64,000 nucleotides of DNA. Source: Acidobacteriota bacterium (GTDB lineage Bacteria > Acidobacteriota > UBA6911 > RPQK01 > JAJDTT01). The stretch's first letter is position 1. Each line of letters opens with the position of its first letter. Positions 53,201-61,000 of this stretch are shown here, piece after piece. The notes beneath the pieces are model-generated. The model had not been told where the DNA came from, searched no databases, and saw only the letters and a list, made by a program, of their open reading frames with translations. The stretch is taken from assembly GCA_965263035.1 (NCBI GenBank), contig OZ253580.1:4576001-4640000 (forward strand). Reading direction: 5' to 3'. The position numbers and the translations under genes were made by a program.

Positions 53201-53287
53201 TGGCTTGAGGAGTGCTGTGCGGCGGTTCCGACGGCTTTGCCTGAGGAACGGCTTACTGCGGTGCTAAGAGTTAGCCGGCTGAACTAA
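50267..53287 (+). CDS. SNF2/RapA-like SF2 helicase
   Basis: LLADEVGLGKT, VVDEFH, LLLTATP, GLNLQ, PWRPEEVDQWIGRLDRIG; ATGA overlap with the upstream gene. Confidence 0.9.
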   Translation: MRNAYTELCLSVQALRRQFEGLRTPLAPATGVAAFVYTHQVANVFRVLTDVRVRHLLADEVGLGKTVQALMILNALRYQRKDLQALIIVPDALVPQWRDEITIRAHSVPIGDETGGEGQQYIRLAWEAQLKRSATGRTRGWTLADIDPDKYDILVVDEFHRLRTDLQERIARVADGFEHLLLLTATPSFQDVKRHAQLFTLLEPERSFLAKRRDGTDGGVVEGILNRDRREALSCTPKDLTAAALAHCAYRRIIRTRRADYEGVLPKRKHTPRRTRPLGAEEERQSLMWKYFRRLDDVRLAVDPVRLAKRVVLSPPSLEQRVDFLRRRGHEREGLLERAKPLVHRTQGDSRADALVDLLAEIWTKDASEHVLVAAQDNLTVDYLFDIVRARLPLIGRIGSRVPLVAARVRQGMMTEAVEDLAGFKNETNENLEAFQRGDAQVLFAPEAAQVGLNLQCARILVLYSVPWRPEEVDQWIGRLDRIGNAVAFAPEEETKTIDIYTIAQKGLVDDKVVTVLQRFHAFERSVNLDGTHLKKVSQTIETAALRPEQANWNAIENATETMAYEDEIKELDSDLCPHLPWNVKWATEVRRSLANLEPAPLALESFRRFTAGPGSWDRAFEGMLKLLARSKEYAIWLNEDPYGGKFRSLWYRFGPHGIYGVREVLSKVLFSFGQDPGSGRSPRHAHAYITRRGDISSPPRRHVTLTFDEQEFRRPLHFVSFGNALHDEIVTGWQPNSAETYSADIYLSGDHPFFGYGETGIYIVRLSVLDPASCLQAATVVERALGAIFEASVRVSSNHSTTLMRLFQRAVRCGIEADIRWVRGTLTAELCIQGLKATQGSWKVATIDEVTALFNPLIHSSTGVPLVAEWTPSERLRDRISGMLEQLRHLDQNTAQNTWGSRLANLKSALDIRREVIRNEAQDAVELAEFKLAKTRIDLGTALARGIQGQITRARNLRDIAADTVDMTRVLWEQRIAWLEECCAAVPTALPEERLTAVLRVSRLN

Positions 53288-53292
53288 GCTAG

Positions 53293-54315
53293 CTAACTGA
53301 GCATGGACCAAGGATCAAGCGCACCATCGTTCACTCTCCAGGACCATCCGGATCGTCGTTGCCCCAACAAGTCCATCACTGCGACGAATTGGTCTGGGGC
53401 AGGGAAAGTCAACTGAACAACACCGTTCCGTCTCTCGACTCTCTCTTCAACTCTGGTTGACTTACCCCGCGCTAGCAGAGCCCAGCACCACTCGTCCGTG
53501 TCATATAGGTCCAGTGCACGAAGATGACCACCGTCAATCGCCACGATAATCGGGTGCCAATGAGCTTGGTTGTATCCGCGTCGATATGCGCACCAGATTC
53601 CATCCACTGCGCCTTCGGTCCAGCGACCCTCGCATGCCTCCGAATTGTGCCTTCCAAAATACTTTCCGGGGTCGTCGCAAACTAACCGGACCTCAGCGTC
53701 GTTTCCCAACGGCAGGCCTTCTTCCTGTACTGCGGAGACGAGTAGTTCCCAGAACTGGGCCAGACTTAGCTCGTCGCTACGGATCAGCCTGGCCTCTCTC
53801 CGCATCGCATGCAGGAGATACTCGTTTGGTCGTAACCACTCTTCAAGCGAAGTCTCGCGAACTCCTGCTAAGTGCAAGTCTGCTTGCTCTTGTTCGTCCC
53901 GAACGAAGATACGCCGCACAATATCCCTTCTCCAGGTATCCGGGAACTGTTCGACTATCCCGTCGGGAACAGGCTCTACGCCGAGCAGGGTGGCAGATTC
54001 GTACCCGCTTCGGATCCATTGCGGCCGTGCCGGGGCGATATATGTCTCGCCGTCAATGTGAACCTCAACGCATTCCTTTAAGCGCACCATCTGTCTCAAG
54101 ACCTTCGCCAGTTTCCCGGACGCTTCGTCCCTGAGGCCAGCGGCCTCCAGTTGGGTTCTGGCATAGCTCAGCACTTTTATCCGTGTACTCAGTCCCCAGC
54201 GAGCCAACGGTAAACGTAACAAATCTGCCAGAGCTCGAATCGAGATCTCACCTGCTTCCGAGATCAGACCAATTTCGCGCGCATAAGATTCGCGCGTGAT
54301 CGACTCCAAAGTCAT
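53293..54315 (-). CDS. Hypothetical protein (possibly DruG-like), last gene of the DruE operon
   Basis: 340 aa, Trp-rich; start overlaps the NERD-helicase stop (ATGA 54312-54315); GGAG RBS. Confidence 0.65.
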   Translation of the reverse strand: MTLESITRESYAREIGLISEAGEISIRALADLLRLPLARWGLSTRIKVLSYARTQLEAAGLRDEASGKLAKVLRQMVRLKECVEVHIDGETYIAPARPQWIRSGYESATLLGVEPVPDGIVEQFPDTWRRDIVRRIFVRDEQEQADLHLAGVRETSLEEWLRPNEYLLHAMRREARLIRSDELSLAQFWELLVSAVQEEGLPLGNDAEVRLVCDDPGKYFGRHNSEACEGRWTEGAVDGIWCAYRRGYNQAHWHPIIVAIDGGHLRALDLYDTDEWCWALLARGKSTRVEERVERRNGVVQLTFPAPDQFVAVMDLLGQRRSGWSWRVNDGALDPWSMLS

Positions 54316-54497
54316 ATCTCCGCCTCCGAGACCAGTGAAGCTTTTTCAAGCACTGCCAGACACTCGTCCCCGTGGGCAATGGCGATCAGCAGAAACCTTG
54401 CGCGGGTGCATGCAACGTATAGGTCCTTCTTTTGGAACAGCTTTCCAAAATCACCCAAATCGTAGAGCAGAATGACATCTGCCTCAAGCCCTTTAAA

Positions 54498-56493
54498 CCC
54501 AGATTATTCACCACGCAAACATAAAATGAGCAAGCGTGCCCGTCATGTCGAGTCGGATCAGAGGGTTACCGGATACCCACAGAAAACGGCTGAGACCCGA
54601 CCTGGGTGAAACGCTATATTTGTTTTCAACGTCGGTTTAACCCCAGGATTCAAGTGGGGCCGAAACCCAAGCATTTCCACGGTTTTCGTCCCCTCCAAGG
54701 GCGGCATAAAGAGACGGCGTGCCCGTCATTTGTGGTATGATTATAGTGCTAAGAAACAACCACAATAAACGGAGCACGCCATGCCTGAGACGATACCGCA
54801 GATCCGGCCCTCATTCAACCGATCCCTCCGCCTCGAGACCCGCCCCGAGTTGCTCAGTGCGGACACGGGAGCCCTGGTGCAACGGGAGCTGATGGAGCGC
54901 AGCGGCCTCATCGACTGGTTGACCGAGCGGTTGCACGATCCGCGACACCCGAGTTCGATCCGCTATCCGCTGTCGGATCTGCTGCGGACTCGACTCCTGC
55001 TGCTGGGTCAGGGCTGGCGCGACCAGTCCGACGCCGACCGCCTGCGTCAGGATCCGAGCTTGCGGGTGGCGAGCCAGACCCGTCGGGGCACGGCGGCCTT
55101 GGAGGAGGGCCAGGGGCTGGCATCGCAGCCGACCTTGTCCCGACTGCTGGACACGCTCAGCCGGGAGGAGAACCTTTCGGTCCTGCACCAGGCGGTGACG
55201 GAGCTGGCGTGCCGTCGGATCGAGATGATCGAAGGCCGGCGGCGAAAACGGGGGAAAAAGACCCCACGGAAGAAGAGACGGAAAAAGACGATGTACCTGG
55301 ACGTGGACGGTCTCCCGGTCGAGGTCCATGGGCATCCCCCGGGAAGCGAATGGAACGGATACTATCGCCAGCGGATGTACCACGGGTTGGTGGCGAGTTG
55401 TGCCGAGACGGGGGACCTGATCGACGGGGAGATTTTTCCGGGAGCCAGCTACCTGGGGAAAAAGGCGCTGAAGTTGACGCTGCGGGTGGTGGACCGCTGT
55501 CGGGGGCGTCTGTGCGGCTCGATGATCGTGCGGATGGATGCGGGGTTCCCGGAGCCGGGGCTGCTGAAGGGGCTGGAGTCGAGAAGCGTGCCCTATATCG
55601 CTCGAATCCGCAAGAATGAGGTCCTGAACCGGATGGCGAAGCCCTACTTGACCCAGCCGGCGGGGCGATCCCCGGATGCACCACCGAAGCTCTGGTTCCA
55701 TGAGCTGACCTACCAGGCGGGGACGTGGGATCGGGCGCGCCGGGTGGTGCTGGTGGTGCGGGAGCGACCGGGGGAGTTGTATCCGGATCATTTCTGGTTG
55801 CTGACGAGCCTGAGCCGGAAGCGTTATGAGGCGGAAGCGCTGCTGACACAGTATCGAAAGCGGGGGAAGGCGGAAGGGCACATGGGGGAGTTGATGGACG
55901 TGCTCGATCCGGCCTTGTCCTCCGCGAGCCGGCCCAAGACGCACTACCGGGGGAAGCCGCTGAAGCCGGGAGCGAAGCCGGAAGCGACGACGGAGGCCGG
56001 CGTTCGACCCCACAACGAAGTCTTGTTCCTGCTGAATCTGCTGGGGTACGAGATCCTGCACCTGGGTCGGGTGCTGATGGAGCAGGCGACGCGTCGGGGC
56101 TGGAGTCTGCGTCGTTTTCGCGAGCGGATGTTGCGAGTGGCGTCTCGGGCGCTGCGCCAGGGGAGGCGATTGATTTTCGTCATCAGTCAAGGGGCGACGG
56201 ACTGGAAGCGGTTGTGGAAGAGACTGGCGCGGGTGTCCTGGGCGCCGGGATAGCGGACGGAGGAGGAATCGGGCCCGTGGAAGGGACCGAAACGGTGGGG
56301 ATTTCTCACCGGAGAGTCAATCTGTCGGCGGGTGACGGTCCCCCTGGCCGGAAAACGGTTTATGACTGGTTCAATCGTCCTGTTTTCGAGCCGATTCAGT
56401 CGAATCGACAGAGCTTCAAGAGAAACCGGGCTGCGACCGCACGAAAACGCCGGGTTGGAAGCCCTTATCAACATGTCCCATGAATAATCTGGG
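54498..56493 (+). mobile_element. Complete IS1380-family element (type B)
   Basis: Perfect 13-bp inverted repeats CCCAGATTATTCA; 5-bp target duplication TTAAA (54493-54497, 56494-56498). Confidence 0.93.
54781..56253 (+). CDS. IS1380-family transposase
   Basis: LSADTG, LASQPTLSRL, LDVDG..VEVHG, VRMDAGF, YRKRGKAEGHMGE. Confidence 0.92.
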   Translation: MPETIPQIRPSFNRSLRLETRPELLSADTGALVQRELMERSGLIDWLTERLHDPRHPSSIRYPLSDLLRTRLLLLGQGWRDQSDADRLRQDPSLRVASQTRRGTAALEEGQGLASQPTLSRLLDTLSREENLSVLHQAVTELACRRIEMIEGRRRKRGKKTPRKKRRKKTMYLDVDGLPVEVHGHPPGSEWNGYYRQRMYHGLVASCAETGDLIDGEIFPGASYLGKKALKLTLRVVDRCRGRLCGSMIVRMDAGFPEPGLLKGLESRSVPYIARIRKNEVLNRMAKPYLTQPAGRSPDAPPKLWFHELTYQAGTWDRARRVVLVVRERPGELYPDHFWLLTSLSRKRYEAEALLTQYRKRGKAEGHMGELMDVLDPALSSASRPKTHYRGKPLKPGAKPEATTEAGVRPHNEVLFLLNLLGYEILHLGRVLMEQATRRGWSLRRFRERMLRVASRALRQGRRLIFVISQGATDWKRLWKRLARVSWAPG

Positions 56494-58057
56494 TTAAAGG
56501 ATCTCGATGTAGTAACTAGGACTCCCCTGCCGTCGTACCAATCTTCCGAGTTCGTAATCAGAGGCACTGCTTTCACTTTATCTACGCTTGCAAGACTACC
56601 TTTTGCTTTCGATCTTGGCCCTATCAATGCGATTTGTCGTGGTTTGATGCCACCGTCAGTGAAAAGCCGCCTTAGTTCCCGCAGCACAAGATCATATTGT
56701 TCCCGAGAAGATCTGGCTCGGAGTATTCGCATGGTCGTGCCAGCCGGTGCGCGAGCAAAACTTCGGGATTCCAACTTCATTAACGAAGCGCTCGCTGCTG
56801 CGATTTTTCGGGTATTCCTGCAATTGATCTTTAGCGAAAATGTCGTATCGAATTCGATCGGGGGACGTTCGACCTCGCCTCGGAGAGACTGATTCGGGTC
56901 CATAAATGCGTAGACCGGGCTATCTTCCCCTCGGAGTAGAGATTGCGTCAGAGCGTACCACCAGCCTAATGAAAAGTCCTGAGCCTCATCAACGACCATA
57001 GCGCCGTACCTAACATCGATTCCTCTTATGTCATGATCTAGAATCGCCTGTTCCAGTAAGTCTGGAACTTCTTCGTCCCAAAACTTAGGCGTCAACGATC
57101 CTCCCTGTGCAGGGCGAAATCTCACTCCAACTTTGGCAGCCATTTCCTTCGCTAGCGAATGAAAGTTCTGCACCGTAAGAAAAGATCGATACTCTCGCGT
57201 CCGAGGGTCTCCTTCCACCTGTCGGCGAAGCCACGCAGCAAGGGCACTGTTGTAGCAGATGAACAGCGTGCGAATGCCAGCACGTGCGAATGCGAGCGCC
57301 CGTTCCAGGGCAAGAAAAGTTTTTCCGGACCCCGCGACCCCTTCCACCAGCACCCTATCCTGAATGTAAAGGCCCTCGAATACCTGCGCCTGTTGCTGTG
57401 TCAGTTCCAACAGTATCTCGGACGCGGACGCAATGTCTGGACCGATTCTGCGGATGATCTTGAACTTGGGCATTAGGCAGTCGTAAAGCAAAATCCGATA
57501 TTCGTCGCCTCGCAACTCCCGCAATCCAGTGCGCCAAGCCCTGAATGCCCTCATGAGCGCCTGATCGATGAACGGCAAGTGGCGTCGAGAAAGCACGATC
57601 GCTGATTCAGCATGTGGTGGTGGCGTGCCGCCATAGTCAGCGTGCGGGAACATGACTGCATAGCCGTAGACGAAATCCCCCCTGTTTATCCTGTTTCCCG
57701 AACGCTGCTGGACAATGTCTAGAAGCGCGTGCATATTCCGTTGAGCCTGACGGAATGGGTCTTGGAACTCTCTTGGACCATGAGCGCTGTGCCGGAACCA
57801 CCGGCCTCCTTCATATCGGATGTCCTGTCCGCCCTTGACCTCAAGCACCAAAAGGCCGTGGCGAGGGTGAAGGACCACGAAATCAGCCTCGCCCTCAGCA
57901 ATAGCTGCGTTTTTCCTCCAGCGACGGAGCCAGGGATACGAGTGAAGCACGACGAAATCATCGGAAAGCTGGTCGCGAAGGGCTTTGTAAACGGGGACCT
58001 CAGAACTGTGTTCGAGTTGAGCGGTATCGAAGTTGGGAATCATCCGTGCCATAAGAC

Positions 58058-61000
58058 TCAGCGGATTCGCTCTAAGGCCCCATCGATAAACACACCGAAC
58101 GCTTTCCCTACAACTCGTATCTCTGATTGACGCGCCATCTCGGAGCGTGGTGCCTCATACGAGTAATAGAGAATGTGGACCTTGTCCTCACGCTTTCTTG
58201 GCAATCCGAAGGTCCAGCGCTCGCCGGTAGCATTGAAAGCACCGATACGGCTCGTCAGTAGGCGCGGTAATCGGTCGTTTCCGACATTCACGATTGTACT
58301 TTCTTCAGTAGGCACAAATACGACCCACGCTCCTCGCGGGAAAAGGGCCTTCGGCATGCGCTCGAGTGTCGGTCGTGTTAGCTGCACGAGGAAAGCGTCT
58401 GAAGGCACACCGTCTACCCTCACAGTTGCCAATGGCGATGGCCGCGCGTCGTATTCAAACATTGACGAAGTGTAAACTGGACACCCTTCTGGATCTTCCT
58501 GTAGGAATTCAGGCACGGAAGGTCCTTCCGGAGTCGTGTTGTCGACACCGGTAACGGCCCTGACAGCGGCAGGCAACGCGTTATCCACGAGCAGTGAGTC
58601 CACGACGTATACATCGTGATCTGTAGCTAGGACTCGTCCCGCGACGGTCCCAGGCTGGCTCGGAATAAGGGGGTGACCTAGAATTACGTAACGATCATAG
58701 TCGACTAGCCGGATACCACCGCCGATTTCTTCTACCAACTGTCCAGATTCCACAAGATCAAGGGCAAGTGAGTGGAGCATTCGTCGCTCGTCGACTTCAG
58801 GAATAGTCGGGATTTCTCCGTGGACAACGTGGCGGAGCAATGCGGCGCCAAGAGTGCGATGGAGGTGCTTATGGTCCCACCTGTTTTTATAACTTCTTAG
58901 GCACTCGTAGCAGGAGTGCGTGCAGTTGCATGATTCCAATCTGTTGAGGGCGGAGTCGAAAAGCGCGACGGGGTCTCCAACGGCGGCTCGTACGAATCCG
59001 GCGCCGCCAGGAGTCAAATCGTACAGGTATACCTCGGCCTCTTTACCGGTCCGGCCACCTTCAGTCATGGCCACCCGATACTCTGCACCAATATCGGATT
59101 CTTCAATGTCCTGAAGTCGTGCCGCCGCCGTCGACAGCGCCTCAGCGACGGTGGTGAGCACGATCTCTGCGACCGTGGATCCTGGGGTTAACTTGGCCTT
59201 ACCCGCCAGCCGGAACCGGATGAGACCTATGTCGGTTTCGAATTCGTTGCCGAAAACGACTTTGGTCGAATACCCATTACAACTGGACCCATGGGGGAAA
59301 TGGTCCGGAAATGGTTTAAGGTGTCCACCTCTCTGTCTCAGCTCCCCCGCTGACCAGCCGTTCGGTTCGGTCCTTCCGCAGAGTGGGCAATGTAGAAAGC
59401 CGGGTTTCCACGGGTCGCGAGACCCGGTGTTTGTAAGCACGAGTCTCTGCTTTTCCGTCCAGATATCGTATCCGGCACCGTTCGCTGCGGTCTCCGATGC
59501 ACTCGTAGACCCGGTATCCGTGAACGGGGCGCTCAGTTTTGCCCGGGTTGACCGGGTAGGCGTTGGACTATCCGCAAGTGGCAGTTCTGCCTCAATATCC
59601 ACGGGATGTGCAAAGCCGGGAGGTCTAATCCATTGCATGCCCACGCCGAGCGACCCCTCGGTACCGCAGGCAGGACAATTCAGGACCTGGTCCACAAAAA
59701 AGTCATCTCCACGCGGTTCGACCTTTGCATATCCACAGCGGCTACACTCAAAGTAGACCTTACTCCGGTTCCATGCTCGCCAGCATTCTCGACTTCTGAA
59801 CGGGGTCCACACGGCGAATGAATAATGGCGCTCGCCATTGACCCAAACCTCACGTCCAGGAGCGTAGCTCGAAAGTGCTTGATTCAGACCTAGTTGTGGT
59901 GTGTATCGAAGCTTCGCTCGCCGCTCCGTACTCTGTGCCTTGTCAAATATATGAAATGTGACAACATCAGTAGGAAACGCGTATCTAGGCAACACACCGC
60001 GGTCAAATAGTCGGTCAAGAAGCTTCTCGGGATCCATGCCTTGTTCGGGAGATTCCTCAAGCCCGCTCTCGGACTCAACGTAACTTTCGGGACCAAGATC
60101 GATTCGCTCCCCCCAATCCAGGCTGACGACTCCGCCTCTCCCTCCGCGACTCGTTACTTCGTTCAGAATATCGTCGTTGGAGGGAGGTGTCTGCGCGGCG
60201 ATTTCATGGGCCCGTAATGGTCCAGCACCGACGCTTCTAAGGGCAGCGAGTAGCGAGTCCGAGACCTCGTCTATGAAATCCGGTGTCTTGTCCAGCACGT
60301 TGGTCGGGACAATGTCGGTAAGAGTTTCTCGTAAACTGGACCGGGTATCTAACAGCCAAGACTTAAGGCCCGCATAGGAAAACTCGTCACGATGTCCTTG
60401 CTGAAAGTCTCGAAGTGTTCCGAGGCTATCGAACACGTTGGCACTAACCTCCCTTCCCTCACCAAGGTCTGGAATGGCGCTCTGTTGGAAGAGGCTCATC
60501 AGTAAGGCAAAACAATGACGCCGTACAATCTCGATATTGTCGAGGTTCAACGTGGGAACCGGAACCGGCCCGCTCACCATCCCAGCCGGGTCCGCATAGA
60601 ACTGCTGGTCATGGCTGTCAGCACCACAGTACGTGATTACTGTCGAGAGTGCTGAACCACGCCGACCAGCGCGGCCGGCCCGTTGCTGATAGTTCGCACG
60701 GCCGGGAGGAACGTTTCGAAGTGCGACAGCGGTCAAACTGCCAATGTCAATGCCAACTTCCATGGTTGTTGTGCAGGAGAGCACATCTATCGGCCCCTCG
60801 CGTCTGCTCTCCGGTCCTTCGACATCGAGGTCTTGAAATCGGAGTTCGTGCCATTCAGCCCGTGCCACATCCGTCCGGTCACCGCTAGCGTTGAGCGCTG
60901 CCGAGTGCTCCGCTGCGACAAAGGGGTGCGGCGCATAGCCAGGCTCGCTCTCGAGTCGCTCGAAATGCCGACGATAATGGCCCTTGCGAGAGACAAAAAC

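Larger units (their letters stand above)
54312..58052 (-). pseudogene. NERD nuclease + UvrD-like SF1 helicase (579 aa), interrupted by IS1380
   Basis: EGEADFVV...LEVKGG, GVAGSGKT, VDEAQD, NCRNT. Removing the IS restores TSRSF|KGLEAD...LYVACTRA...EAEI* (54312-54492). Confidence 0.9.

Noticed and set aside
53280-53300. Bidirectional terminator between the convergent operons
   Set aside because: Only a short AGCTAGCT palindrome in a 5-bp gap; no GC stem or U-tract.
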